A DNA stretch of 63,272 nt, filler included, from Nemertoderma westbladi (taxonomy: Eukaryota; Animalia; Xenacoelomorpha), in the NCBI GenBank assembly GCA_032718475.1. It is 3 parts of 3 records of this genome, joined end to end, with 100 filler letters (N's around TTAATTAATTAA, not from the genome) between each part and the next. Parts side by side here need not be neighbours in the genome. Positions count along the whole stretch, not along the records: positions 16,629 to 46,179 come from JAUCBJ010003455.1; 2 more parts are not named here. One strand, written 5' to 3'. The position numbers and the translations under genes are program-made. The notes below the pieces were generated by a model. That model saw only the letters and a program-made list of their open reading frames with translations, was not told the DNA's origin and did not search any database. Positions 25,432 through 39,220 of the stretch are shown piece after piece (within the stretch, counting starts at the first letter, position 1; each line of letters begins with the position of its first letter).

Positions 25432-27175
25432 TAAGTATCCATTGTGCATTGAGACTCTAATCCAATAAATTTTCCACATTTTCCGAACTATTAAGTAGCG
25501 ATATAACAATAGTAGCAATACAATGCGTTTATTATTATAACTAATAATAATTAATAATAATATATTATATATTTACCATAAATTATTTCCTTTCTCTTTT
25601 TACATTAAGCGTGGAGGTTTTATGAATGGCCCCGTATTTGTTATTATAATTATTATAACTATTGTAATATTATAATAATTTATTTTTAGTTTCATTCTGA
25701 TAAGCCGTTGTTATTATGCCATTGGCTGTTATTGAAAGTTATTTTATTTAGTGGGACGGATAATGTAAGAACTTACAGATTCTTGGTAGTAATCGGTTTC
25801 CGTACCTTCGGGTCTCACCAATAATCCCTAACCAAAAACGTTACAGTAGTGGTGTTACTGAGGGACGAGCCACGAAGGTAAGCGAGCTTAGCATATGGGT
25901 ACCACTATCTCCCGTGTGTCTAGATCTGCGTTCTGTAGCATCATAGAGTGAGAAAACCCCCTGGCCCTGTCACGCAAACGGATTATAGCTGATTAGTTAT
26001 TCTTGCTGTAACCAGATTGTCCTGATCACTTAATTAATAAGCATCCGTTTGTTTCTCTACGGGATAACCGACTACAAATGTTTAGGTTATGTGTGTCTGT
26101 CCGTTTATTTGTCACACACGGATATGCAGGAACTAATCTTTCTATTGTATTTTCATTGGTGCGCGTAAGAGGTGGTCAATTTTTATTTTTTATTTACAAT
26201 CAGAATATAACTGGGAATCCACATTTTGAAACCGATTTTGCTAGGGGTTTGGAGTTAACGCAATTGATCGAGCCAGCCTACATATTTTCCGTAATATCGC
26301 GGAGACCAACTATTAGTGCAAAATCTCAGGAGTCAGCCCAGAGTCAGGTTGGATTAGTTTGGACTTCGGAAAGGTTTTTATTGGACGTCTATTGGATCTG
26401 TATTTAAATTTCAATTCATTTTTAAAATTTTCTCGAAATCATATTTTTTTACCCAAAAAATATTAACATTTCTTCACGTTTTCTATATATTATTTAATTT
26501 CCAACAGAATTCTCAAGCAGTTTTCCTTTTTTTTTATAATAAATTCTTATTTTATTTTAGGAAACTTGTTTAGACAGTCGAAAGTTGTGTAAGTTGTTTA
26601 CCGTATAGTTATTGTTTATCTGAAATTGAGTGTGTTGAAGACATTTGTTTATTTGTAAACCACCATTGCTGCACTCGCTCGGTCCATGAATGCAATCGGG
26701 TCATAACACTGAAAAGTGGTACTTTTACACAATGACGTTTGATTATTTGCTTGTCCAAACATTTCCCATGACGTTACTCTCTCAAACTTTACATAAGTGG
26801 CCAACATGTAACCGGTATTGAAAAGTTTTATTTTGTATTAATCCAAAAGAAGTTGATTTAGACGAAATGGGGCCTTCGCGCAGCACGTGACATAAATTAT
26901 GTCATTTTGGACATTTATAAAATGTTTTATTTCAGATAACATCCCAAAAAAGACGCAGCCTATGAATGGTCTAGCACATATATCTACCAATTTTTAGCTT
27001 GAACGGCGACAGGAACTGCAGACCGATCAATATCCTCACATTGACGCAGCATATGCGGTCTTAATACATATCCAAAGATTCAGCTTAAACGGAATAAGAT
27101 CAACGAAATGAGATAAGGTTTTCACTTTCAGACATTTCGCACTGTAGAGGCAGACTGGAGAACTGTAGGCGGGTT

Positions 27176-28840
27176 TGGCTCATTCCAAAGTAAAGTACGG
27201 GACATTCGTACACAATTTTGAACTTTGATTGCCTGTACAATGTTATCCACAGCACATATGTGCACAAAATTGTGCTTGGATTGAACTTTCGAATATCAGC
27301 TTTGATTTCGCAAAGCTTATGGCGGGACTTAGACACTTTTGAGAAAACACCAGCTTGTCCAATTAAGGTAAAGTACGGATTCGTACGAAATGGTTTTTTT
27401 TATTTTATGATTTCAATTCTAAAGTTTAGCGAATTGTGCGCAGGTACGGTGTTGAGTTGATGTTTAGGATAAAGCTGTATTATTAAGCTTAAATAAAAAT
27501 ATAAATATCAGACGAATTGCTACATTGCTAATTTTTTACAGTGTGGTGTGTGTGGTAAACTATGGGACATTGCTAGGTAAAGTACGGGTTTTATGTTGTA
27601 CGAATTTTATGGTCAAAATGGTCTCTTACACTTAACATAACAGTAATTTCTGGATAATTAGTGATAATAAAGTGCAACTAAGTATTTCCAACCAAGATAT
27701 GGATGTAAAATGTGGGGCGACCCACAAATTGACCCAAAGTCTTAGCATATGGGTGCCGTTGAGGAGTTGTCTGTCATCTGTCTAATTTTTGATTGCTAAT
27801 ATTGTATAACTCTTGTCATTTATAGATGAAATTAAACCAAACCTGGTACGTATGAAGTCTGTCAAAAGTTTGGAAAGAATCTGAGGTTTAATGAATCAAA
27901 GGTCACATATCAGACAGTCTGTCTGTTGGTACCGATAGTTTCAAAATTTTGATAAGAACCGAAATAGGTCCGCCAATCATTGATGAAATATAACCAAACT
28001 TGGTACACATGTACCGTCATGTAGTCTGTGAAAAGTTTAGAAATTGTTTCCATTTTTCTGAAAATGTATCAATTACTGTACTTACCGATCTTCTTATCTG
28101 CTAAAAAATTTAACTATTTTTTGGTAAAGTATAGGACTTTACATGTATAAACCCAAAGATTTCTTGACTGAGGAATGATTCTCAGTTCAAATATAGACTC
28201 ATATTCTTACGGCCTACTATGGCCTTAGAGTATTATAACACTCCTGGCTTTACATATTACATTAATACAGTGCACTAATATAATCGCCATTTAATGGTAA
28301 AGTATGGGACAATTTTCAATTGGCCCCCATGATATTTCTGAGGGAGTGAAGATGAAACTAATTGTTTTATACAATGACTCAACACAAACGTGCTTTGCAT
28401 TCCACTGGGTGATTAGGCTGAGTTACATCTCTGTGAATAAACTAAAAATTTCACTATTTTAGGTAAAGTATGGGACATCACATGATTAACTTTATCGATT
28501 TCATTACAGAGGAATGAAACACTGGTGAAATTAAATGAAACCAAAAAAATTCGAAAATGGGTTTGTTTTTTATTTGGTACATGCTCAGAAATGTTAATTT
28601 ATTGGTCATTGGAAGTGCCTACAGGAAACGAAACTTTTGCACACTTTTATTCACATTTTGTGCAGAGCACGTGCATAATTTGTAATTCGAGTATTTTTGA
28701 GAAACCACCTGTGTTAATACAATTTTTAGCACTGAATTCATGAAGTACGATAAATTTCGACCTAAAATAAGTATAAATTAAAAGCTACATCTCATTTTTC
28801 GAAATTAGTGGGGAGGTTGACCTTTTCATGGAATGAGCCA
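27176..28840. mobile_element. Putative non-autonomous DNA transposon
   Basis: 12-bp inverted ends TGGCTCATTCCA / TGGAATGAGCCA; internal motif GGTAAAGTAYGGGA repeated about 6 times; TSD unclear. Confidence 0.55.
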
Positions 28841-29145
28841 TTAGCCTCCTTTATATGATGTTGACAACCACGACTTTAGAGGGATTGTAATATTAATATT
28901 AAAACAATAAAATAGGACATGGGGTCTATTCCCTCAGATACTACCTAGCATTTAGGGCCAACTTGGGCCACTGTTAGTACTCAGGCACTAGGCCCATCAA
29001 AAAACACAAAACAAAATACCAAATCGATTTTAGTGCTACATAAACCCAACCCAACTACCACAAGAAAAATTGCACCAAACCATACAGTAACTACAGTACA
29101 TTAGCCTCCTTTGAAAGTCTCAACTAATGGTCTAGTACAAATCTG

Positions 29146-30198
29146 GGGTAAATCTTTTCGACCTACGCGTAGCTACGCGTAGTTCGACACATTGGGTCAT
29201 ATATCACCAGATTCAGTGTTTTAACATTAACTACGTGTAGGTGCTATGCATAACTACGCGTAGGTGCTACCCACCCAGTAACATATTACAATCAGTTCAG
29301 TACCTAAATAAGACAATACTGTATGTTCAATAGAACACATTTACAGTGTATAAACCTATCAAACGCTTTCAAAAGAAAAATATGTATCATATACCTGTAA
29401 ACTCCATGTAGTGGTATTTGCTACCACATACATATTCTTCAGCTTCACTTCATTTGATGCGCGCGCAATTATGTGTTATTGTGTTTAGAGTTCAAGAAAG
29501 GTTTATAAGGTCGATGGTTCTAATCGATTCTCTATTGCCAATTATTGCCTTTCTTCACGAGAGAAGATCTATTTAACGTACTACCGGTAACCCGTTTGAC
29601 AAGTGGGAGGGGACGACTAATTTTCTACCACGATTTTATGTTGCGATTTTATTTTATTTCTTTTTTTTTATGAAACAATTGAATTATAGTGTAGGCCTAC
29701 TCAGCTTTCGTTTAATCACTTCACCGGTAGACTGGTAGCTTATTGTACTGTATAAAATTTAAAATATCCAATGGAAACAAAGAGACTTGGTAATATACGT
29801 GGATTTTAAGTCTGCTTTTTATTCATCCCGTGTTTGTATTTGAAAGAGCCCAATATTATTTATTACCGATGGTGTATGTAGAGCGATGAGCTTCCGATTC
29901 TGTTATTCCATTTGTCTGATAATCAGATACCTGATGTACCGATACTTGCCAAACAACTCAACTCTTAACGGACCTGGAATGAAAAATCGTTGTTATCAGG
30001 ACTGCTACGCGTAGCTACGCGTAGCGCCTACGTGAAGTGGTACGCGTAGTTTCAAAATACCTGCGCGTAGTTCCAAAATACCTACGCGTAGTTTTAAAAC
30101 ACCCACGAGTAGTTGTTAAAAAGGCAGTAAGTCTGGCCCTTCCGGTAAATGACAGGAATAGAAGTTACAAACTACGCGTAGGTCGAAAAGATTTACCC
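29146..30198. mobile_element. Non-autonomous DNA transposon (MITE) with an 8-bp TSD
   Basis: 27-bp TIR GGGTAAATCTTTTCGACCTACGCGTAG, TSD CAAATCTG (29138-29145 and 30199-30206), subterminal CTACGCGTAG palindromes. Confidence 0.88.
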
Positions 30199-31218
30199 CA
30201 AATCTGGCAAGTTTCAGCTTGAACGGAATGAAAGTAAAGAAATTAGAGGACATTTAATGTTTAGCACCTTAGCGCCGGACAGGCGTACTGTAGAAGTCTG
30301 TATAAAGTGGAGAGTTCCTGAGAAATAAGACAGAACGACACGTGGTTGGGATAGTGGTATCCCTACCCGTATGCTAAGCTCTCATAACTTCGTGCCTCGC
30401 CCAATAGATGTGCTGATATTCTGAATTAATTGTTTCATCACGATGACGGTAGGTGGCGCACAGATAATATAATGCCACTTCATCCGTTACCATAACAACG
30501 TACACACTAGCTATACTGCACAGGAGAAAAGATACGGCATCAACATACTGATTTAATTTAATGCTGTTGCGTCTGGCCTGTGATCAGCTCAATTTTAGTA
30601 AACTTTCCAAGACAATTCTTAACTCAGCCATATCTACCGGTACCTTATTTCTTTACGCTTGTGAAGTTGTAAATTGCCAACTTGATTATTAACTCTCATC
30701 ATCCCTCACCTTTTTTAGTGCTATAGAGCAGGGTAGGTTGGTTGATTTGTATACTTCTGTACTTGTATATAACCTTGTAATTGTGGTGGGTGTGGCTTTG
30801 CTTGTATATGTGGTGTGTGGACTGGCCATTGGCAATGCAACGCAATGCACGTACAATGTTATCAATGTGTTCAGGTACAGTGGTAAGTTAAATTACCCTA
30901 CACGTCTCTGTGTGTATCGATCGAATGGTGAGACAATTTTGGCATCGGATAGTTACGCAGTTCGTAGTCGTACTTGGGCAAGCCTTCTTCTTCTTATAAA
31001 TGAATACATAACCATTTGGCGGTTAATATCGCAGAGGTAGGCAGGTGTAGGGTTGGTATAATTTAGAGATATGAAGGGGCGACGGTAGAATATACCGGTA
31101 CCTTCCTGCTCTACTTACGGTAGGACAACCCGTTTATTTTGATACGGTTCTGTCTGTATTTGTAAATATTAAATTTGCTAATAAAATAAACTATATATCG
31201 TATATAAATTTCGAGACA

Positions 31219-31897
31219 ATGATTCTATCAGGTCCCATTGTTCGGGACCCGAAACCGGGTGATTTCCGATTCACGAACCCGAGATCCGGCTCGGTTTCCG
31301 CTCGGCTCGACTACGATATGCGCCCGCGAGTTACCGCCGAGGCCAAACCGATCGCGGACATGCACAAGGGCTCGGTGGGGCTGCTGTTCGGTCTGGACCC
31401 CTGTCAGATCCGGACCGGATGGCGCCCCGACCCCCCGAAGAACTACATGAGGGAGAATCTCCGTCGGATGAAGGAAATTCAACGGAGTGCGCGGATGCGA
31501 CACGAAGAGGCGGAAAGACGGAAAAACGTACCGGTTAAAGTTCTCCCACAGAGCGAAAGATACTCTCAGATTCCTTCTAAAGTAAACCTAGAACTTCAGG
31601 TGCCGGCCACGCCACGCCCCGGGGCGGATAAGTTCTTAAAGGCGCATGCGCGAACAGGGGGGAGAGTGTCGCCGAACTTTATAACTAATAACCGCGCGGT
31701 CATTGACCGGGTGGCTCAGCCAAGAAGGAATGTTCTGCAGCAACAGAGACAGGCAGAGGAACTGGCAGTGGATCGGGATCTGTTTATCCAGGGTAGGAAG
31801 GGGTTGGTTCCCAACTATTTGCGTTCCAGGCAACGGCAATGGGCTGCTGATGAGGAACGTCGGGTTAAGAATATCCCGGACCCGGATATGCCGCCTG
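31219..31897 (+). CDS. ENKD1: Enkurin domain-containing protein 1, coding exon 1
   Basis: LSGPIV.DP start, NYMRENLRRMKEIQ, GLVPNYL..R...W......R....PDPDMPPG; GT donor at 31898, phase 1. Confidence 0.88.
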
Positions 31898-32918
31898 GTT
31901 AGTTCGTACCCACACGCTACAGCTTTCAATGCTTTCATACAGAACGTTTAGATTTCGTTTTTTTAATAGATAAATCCTTCGGTTTTTATATTTATTAATA
32001 GGAATTTACTTTCATTCAGGTAGTTGAGGATTGGTGAGAAAAAGGGACTCTGTGAAGTGAGACCGGTGGGCATGTTAGGACTACGCCCCTCTAAAAGGGT
32101 GTCGTCGCGTTACGGCTACTGTCACGCTGCGGCAAATTTTGTGGGAGAGTAGCCGTAACGCGACTTTTAAAGTCGCGGAACGGCTAATCTAAAAGTCGCG
32201 TTACGGCTAATCTATTGTCTTGGTTTTACATAGGGAATCATTATCAATATTATTCTATGGTGTTTACGTACATGAGGTACACATTTTTTTATGTAATAAT
32301 GTTTTACAGCATGGGAGTATCCAGGGGGAGTGGGGGGGGGGGGGGGGGATTTTACCGTCTTTCCTATGTTCTTCGACAACCGAACATCCTTAGTTACAGT
32401 CTCAAGCACAGGTACGGATGACGTACTGATTTGAATTTACTTTCATTTTGTCATTCCCCAACTGCGTTATATATAACTTTGCAATTCTCCTTGCTACGCA
32501 TTCCCACGCTTTATATTTGTACTGGTCGTACTTACTGGATAACAATGAACAATTTTGGCAAAGCGCAAAAGGTTCACAGTAAGAAACTCTTTGGGCAAAT
32601 CAGGACCGTCAGGGAGGATGGCCCTTGGAGGATGGGGTCATCCTCGTCGTCATTTTCATCGAGACGTCATCCAAAAGATGATGTCTCCGGACCGGGGCGG
32701 CCGAGGGTCTCGAAGGCAACTCTATTCGGCTCCCTCTGCGGCACGGCCCCCCGCCCTAAGGGTCTGTTGGAGGTAACTTTGGGCGAGGGGGTCAACCACT
32801 GTGGCATCCCCTTCCACAAGCTTCCTACAATGGTTTTAAACTTAGGTTTTGGATTAACCGGAACGACGTTTTTCGTGGCGTATTCATAATTACAGGATTA
32901 ATGAAGGCAAGGAAGGGA

Positions 32919-32989
32919 CTTTCACCACGTGGATATAAAAATGGAAGTTAAATAATCAACTTCCATTTTTTTTATCCACGTGGTGAAAG
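32919..32989. repeat. Near-perfect 71-nt hairpin in the ENKD1 intron
   Basis: CTTTCACCACGTGGATA..AAAATGGAAGTT arm and its reverse complement around an 8-nt loop. Confidence 0.8.
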
Positions 32990-33300
32990 ACGAGTACAAT
33001 GGTTTTTGCAGTAAAGATACACTTAATAATACCGCATTCAATACCTGTGGAACCTGATGAAAAGGATATATTATTGTATTTTTCTGTTAATCGAAATAAT
33101 TGGACAAGTCAAGTCAACTGCTGAATAAATAATATTGATAATGATTCCCTCTGAAAAACCGAGACAATATATTAGCCGTATCGCGACTTTTAGAGTAGCG
33201 TAACGCGACAGTGCAGTGTTGTCGTACCCCTTCAAAAGTACCACCCCCCCCCCCCCCCCCCCGGCCATATACCATATTGCACATTGTCCCGGGATTCAAA

Positions 33301-33417
33301 GCAGAACCATGGCCCCTTATGGTAGAATCCCCCCAGGGCAGGGCAATTATTCTTTGCGAGCAGAACCATGGCCCCTTATGGTAGAATCCCCCCAGGGCAG
33401 GGCAATTATTCTTTGCG
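33301..33417. repeat. 59-bp tandem duplication
   Basis: GCAGAACCATGGCCCCTTATGG...ATTCTTTGCG twice. Confidence 0.92.
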
Positions 33418-34128
33418 CTAGTTATACTGTGTAAATATTTTTACCAACGCGGAACAAGGAAAGAAACAATTTATATTATTACTCAAAGAAGAAATTATAT
33501 AATATACTGGCATAGTTTTATGGGGAAAGTCTGGTTGAGATCTAATAAACCCATTGCCAGTGTGTCTACTTGCTATTGTTAGTTGAGTAAAGATTGATTA
33601 TCATACCCTGAGCGATCAGTCAGTTATTGTTACCGTGGCAACCGAAAACCTTTGGAAATACTGTGAGACATTTTGCTATATATAACTAAAAAAATCACGC
33701 ATAATTATTATACCGGACCGCTGTTTTGAACTTTTGGCTAACGCAAAATAGACCACCATTGATTGCCGCAACAGTGGTAATGATCCTAAGACTATTCCGT
33801 CTAGGTCCCTTAATGTCCCTGTCAATGACTTTTCAATTTATGTAAAATAAATTTAACCTGCAAAGTACTGAATTCAATTACGTTCGATGTTTCACCTTCC
33901 TTTCAATTTTGGAGATATTTTGGGGGGCTTTCGACGCAATCAAAATTCAACAGCTGATTTACTCCCTAAAATAAAACATGTTCTATTGTGTTTAGTTTAT
34001 TATTTTGGTTAGAATAACGAGCCATTGTAACCTGCTCCTTTCCCTAAATTGATAATTTGATATTGAGGCGAGATATTTTAGATTTTGTCTTTCACCTTTG
34101 AATATTATTTTCAATAATCTTGCCAAAT

Positions 34129-35721
34129 CGCGTCGTGTATCGTTCGTTGCCATATTCCACAATGGCCGCGTCGTGTATCGTTCGTTGCCATATTCCACAA
34201 TGGCCGCGTCGTGTATCGTTCGTTGCCATATTCCACAATGGCCGCGTCGTGTATCGTTCGTTGCCATATTCCACAATGGCCGCGTCGTGTATCGTTCGTT
34301 GCCATATTCCACAATGGCCGCGTCGTGTATCGTTCGTTGCCATATTCCACAATGGCCGTGTCGTGTATCGTTCGTTGCCATATTCCACAATGGCCGCGTC
34401 GTGTATCGTTCGTTGCCATATTCCACAATGGCCGCGTCGTATATCGTTCGTTGCCATGTTCCACAATGGCCGCGTCGTGTATCGTTCGTTGCCATATTCC
34501 ACAATGGCCGCGTCGTGTATCGTTCGTTGCCATATTCCACAATGGCCGCGTCGTGTATCGTTCGTTGCCATATTCCACAATGGCCGCGTCGTGTATCGTT
34601 CGTTGCCATATTCCACAATGGCCGCGTCGTGTATCGTTCGTTGCCATATTCCACAATGGCCGCGTCGTGTATCGTTCGTTGCCATATTCCACAATGGCCG
34701 CGTCGTGTATCGTTCGTTGCCATATTCCACAATGGCCGCGTCGTGTATCGTTCGTTGCCATGTTCCACAATGGCCGCGTCGTGTATCGTTCGTTGCCATA
34801 TTCCACAATGGCCGCGTCGTGTATCGTTCGTTGCCATATTCCACAATGGCCGCGTCGTGTATCGTTCGTTGCCATATTCCACAATGGCCGCGTCGTGTAT
34901 CGTTCGTTGCCATATTCCACAATGGCCGCGTCGTGTATCGTTCGTTGCCATATTCCACAATGGCCGCGTCGTGTATCGTTCGTTGCCATATTCCACAATG
35001 GCCGCGTCGTGTATCGTTCGTTGCCATATTCCACAATGGCCGCGTCGTGTATCGTTCGTTGCCATATTCCACAATGGCCGCGTCGTGTATCGTTCGTTGC
35101 CATATTCCACAATGGCCGCGTCGTGTATCGTTCGTTGCCATATTCCACAATGGCCGCGTCGTGTATCGTTCGTTGCCATGTTCCACAATGGCCGCGTCGT
35201 GTATCGTTCGTTGCCATATTCCACAATGGCCGCGTCGTGTATCGTTCGTTGCCATATTCCACAATGGCCGCGTCGTGTATCGTTCGTTGCCATATTCCAC
35301 AATGGCCGCGTCGTGTATCGTTCGTTGCCATATTCCACAATGGCCGCGTCGTGTATCGTTCGTTGCCATATTCCACAATGGCCGCGTCGTGTATCGTTCG
35401 TTGCCATATTCCACAATGGCCGCGTCGTGTATCGTTCGTTGCCATATTCCACAATGGCCGCGTCGTGTATCGTTCGTTGCCATATTCCACAATGGCCGCG
35501 TCGTGTATCGTTCGTTGCCATGTTCCACAATGGCCGCGTCGTGTATCGTTCGTTGCCATATTCCACAATGACCGCGTCGTGTATCGTTCGTTGCCATATT
35601 CCACAATGGCCGCGTCGTGTATCGTTCGTTGCCATGTTCCACAATGGCCGCGTCGTGTATCGTTCGTTGCCATATTCCACAATGGCCGCGTCGTGTATCG
35701 TTCGTTGCCATATTCCACAAT
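34129..35721. repeat. 38-bp CpG-rich tandem repeat, about 42 near-identical copies, in the ENKD1 intron
   Basis: Unit TGGCCGCGTCGTGTATCGTTCGTTGCCATATTCCACAA; no spacers. Confidence 0.98.
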
Positions 35722-36210
35722 CATCAGCTATTATTTGCGTCGAGTTTCCCCTGTAGGGGCCTGTAGACACACCCCCCCCCCCCCCCCCCCCCCCCCAATC
35801 CCCCTGATTGAGTCACAGTTATTGTGGCGATTCATTATTCTGGAACATCACACTAATTCCAAGTTTCTCATCCCTACAGTTCTGTATGCTCTGTATTTTA
35901 TTGCGTCACTTCCCGTAGGATTTCCATGAATATGATCCTCAAATTAATTCTTTACTTTGTTTGGTCATTCCGAAGTCAATTTAGAATCCAAAAAACGTTG
36001 TTTCGATTGATTGTGAATTATTTTTTGTTTTATTAGACTAGATTTACCCGGAGTAGTTCGTAGACACACAGAGACTAGAGGCGATATGTAATATTCCAAA
36101 TTGATATTATAATATAAGTGAATTTGAATCTACGTTTAGAGAATAATAATGAGACTAAAATCATTATTTATATTATAATAATATTATTTGTGATATTATT
36201 ATGTTATTAG

Positions 36211-36440
36211 GCCATCGGCAGATATCGGAAGAAGAGAGACAAGATACAATGCGAATCCTTCTATCTAACCTCAAACAGACTCAGGATCAAGTGGTAATGT
36301 TACCACTGACTCCGGACACTGTCCGACTGAGAATCCGGAGACAGGAACTCGAGAAACGTCTCAACGAACTCGAAGAGGCCATTAAAGTATTCGAGAGACC
36401 CAAAGTATTTGTGAAACTCGACGCACCGCTTCTGTATTAG
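36211..36440 (+). CDS. ENKD1: ENKD1 coding exon 2 (rest of enkurin domain); joined protein 302 aa
   Basis: TTATTAG acceptor ending 36210; G+GC restores PPG-HRQISEEER...ELEKRLNELEEAIKVFERPKVFVK; AATAAA at 36490. Confidence 0.9.
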
Positions 36441-37634
36441 TTGCCCAGGTGATGGATTCATTAATTAGGCATGGGGCCTTGTATTGATTAATAAACCATC
36501 TACGTGACTTGGTTGTAAATAATTGTGTTTATTTTGCCTACTTAAACGTGCTTATATATTCGTATTTATTGTATAATTTATAATAACTGAGTAATTATTG
36601 AAACCCATTACAATACATTATATTGCGAGTTATTTCTGTTTATATTTGGCCTAATAGGAGCGGCGTAGTATGATGGCTTGAGATGTAAAACAGTTAACCT
36701 TTCAGTTTGGTAAAATGCTACCCAATGCTACCGTATGCACTGGGGAATAATTAACTATCCGACCCCAATAATGAATTATAACGAACCGGGGTGTTTGTGT
36801 TTGTGTGTGTGGGGGTGTGTAGGTGTGTAACCATCCAGTATCTCGAAAACTCAAGCAGGTACGCAATAATTGTAAACCCGACTATTTATCAATTAGCTGT
36901 CATCAACTCAGGCTAAGCTTAATTATAATGTAAAGGCTTAGTAGGTTTTGTATATCTGGGACGTTTACAACAGCTGTCAATTAAATTAACAAAACCAGAA
37001 AACTGAACCAGGGTGCTGCCAGCCGGGTACCAACGGCTGTTGGGTAGACTTAATGGAAGATTTCACAAACTTTCATAGGAGGTTATACATTATGTACATT
37101 ATATTGGTTGCTCCGATGTTTTTATTAGGCTAACTGATAATGTATTAGGTATAAATAATTGGGGTTCTTTATTTTATTTATCTAATACAGAAGACCCCTC
37201 CGCAGAATAAACTGGTGTTTGGGGCCGTTTCCCAGGTTGCGGATATGGATACCATTTCAGACATCATCGCAGTAATTGTGATTATGTTTGTTTGCCTAGG
37301 CGAATGTGTATTACATTAAATGGGAGGCAGATTTTTGGTTGATGCAAGTCATTCTTGGTTTGCATCTTCCAATCCCATCTGTTTCTTGGAGTCTGTTTAA
37401 GACAGGTTCATTCAAAGCCACCTTGATAGCGTTCTAGTAAAAAATAAGAGAAATTAGTACCGTTAACAAACAATTCAATTAATTTGAGCAGCAGTGATAC
37501 GATTGCAACAGGAAAAAACATCAATTAACTACAACGTAAATATATACAAAACATATACGACAATAAATATTTAATCTAGAAATCCAAAACACATTCCATT
37601 GGAATTGGATAGCACCATAGCAACTACAACAATA

Positions 37635-37902
37635 TCATAACAAACTTCCATCGAATCCCTCATCATCATCATCATCATCCATCTGTTCTACATTTACACC
37701 GGTGGATGGCGCTACTCTATGTATACCGGCAGCTATCTCTGGGGCCCGCAATGATCGGGCCAGTTTAACATAGTCGTTGTCTAAGTAAGTAAACAGTTGG
37801 GCTTTGGAGACGGAATCTAAGGTGTCCTGGTCCCCACTCTCCCAGGCGTCCAGCAGTTGACCCAAGGCCTGACCCTCCAACGACAAGGCCCATTCCGACA
37901 AC
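37635..37902 (-). CDS. NAPG: Gamma-SNAP, terminal coding exon; upstream exons not identified in the window
   Basis: ALGQLLDAWESGDQD...LFTYLDNDYVKLARSL plus acidic tail DDDDDDEGFDGSLL resemble the gamma-SNAP C-terminus; TTTTTGTTTGCAG acceptor ends at 37903. Confidence 0.85.
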
Positions 37903-38452
37903 CTGCAAACAAAAATAATTTGACGATATTATAATATTATACAAATACACCTGCCCCTGAACTGAAGATTTTCAATGAAATTGTTTTCAACAAAATATCC
38001 TACGTAAACTACTCTCAGAATCTCCCAGAATAAAATAATATCTTAACTCAGGTTCCTGATCAGCCCGACCTGACCTGACCATCACCTAATTATGTAATTT
38101 ACTCATTCATTTATCAATTTCAACCAAAATAATAGGCAGTTCAACAGAACCACTATTTCGCCGCCCATTGGATAAACTAAGGACTTCTAGAAAATACCGG
38201 TAATGATTATTCTTATAAAAATTATGTCCTAGATGTCCTTTGTTAAAACTATGTACACATAGTGTTAAATTATCCACAGGCCATCATTTAATATAACCAA
38301 GGTACCGCACCGGTAACGTAATTACAAACATTTCTGGAACAATGACTATAAGTTTAGAAAATAACTTTAGAAAATTTAGTAACAATTACAATCATTAATA
38401 ATTTACTTACTAAGAGTATTTTAAAGAGCTAACGATTCACAGAAAATCAAAA

Positions 38453-39220
38453 ATGGCGAGAGGTTCTAAACGTAGGTACAATCCCCAACCGCTAGATAAA
38501 ATACAAAATAAAAATAATGAAAATAAAAACGTTCTGGAACAATTGTGGCACGAATTACAGTCTGGCGTTGACGTAATCTACACCGCAGCTAACATAACCC
38601 GCACTTTCTACTTCAAGTTATATCACACCGTTTACGGACTGCTGAATACGGAGTTACCCGAGAGGGAGTTGGTTAAACGTAGGAGGGGGTCTACCAAATG
38701 GGAGCAGTTGAAGGTGGGGACGCAAAGGGCGGAGATTATCAAAAAGAGAGTCATCGAATGCATCACAAAGTTCGTTAAAATCACTTTCAACAGTCTTGAG
38801 AAGTCTGGAAACCGGGCGAACACATATGTGTTAAAGTGGGAAAGTTACCGTCTATCCTCTAAGGTATTCAATGGAGTTTTGGAGTATCTAAATAGATACC
38901 ATTGGCACGGTAGTTTCTACGCGAGCGCAATGTCTGTTTGGAAGAAGGAATGTGTCTCCAAGCTGAGCGACAAGTTGACGGACTTTATGGTCGCCGAAGT
39001 TAATAGAGAACGTAACGGTGAGTCTATTCGATGTGACGTCATTGAGAAGACGCTAGCTTCGTATTCCGAGTTGGATTCACTGACCGGAAGTGAAGGGCAA
39101 TCCTTTACTGCGAGATTCTGTGATTCATTGATGAGGGAGACAGAAACATTTTACGCTGTTGACGTTGAGCGCGCGTTAAAATATTTAACGTCCAGCGATA
39201 TTTCTGAATATCTCAAACAT
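38453..39220 (+). CDS. Divergent cullin-1-like protein, coding exon 1 (256 codons)
   Basis: LEQLWHELQSGVDVIY, YFKLYHTVY, WESYRLSSKVFNGVLEYLNR, ETETFY...SEYLKH; CAT|GTGAGT donor, phase 0. Confidence 0.88.

Noticed and set aside
33992-35929. Six overlapping 480-590 aa ORFs, or a CRISPR array
   Set aside because: A stop-free 38-bp unit gives ORFs in all frames; no spacers; lies in the ENKD1 intron
38405-38410. Minus-strand GTAAGT as donor of the penultimate NAPG exon
   Set aside because: Adjacent sequence does not translate into gamma-SNAP-like residues
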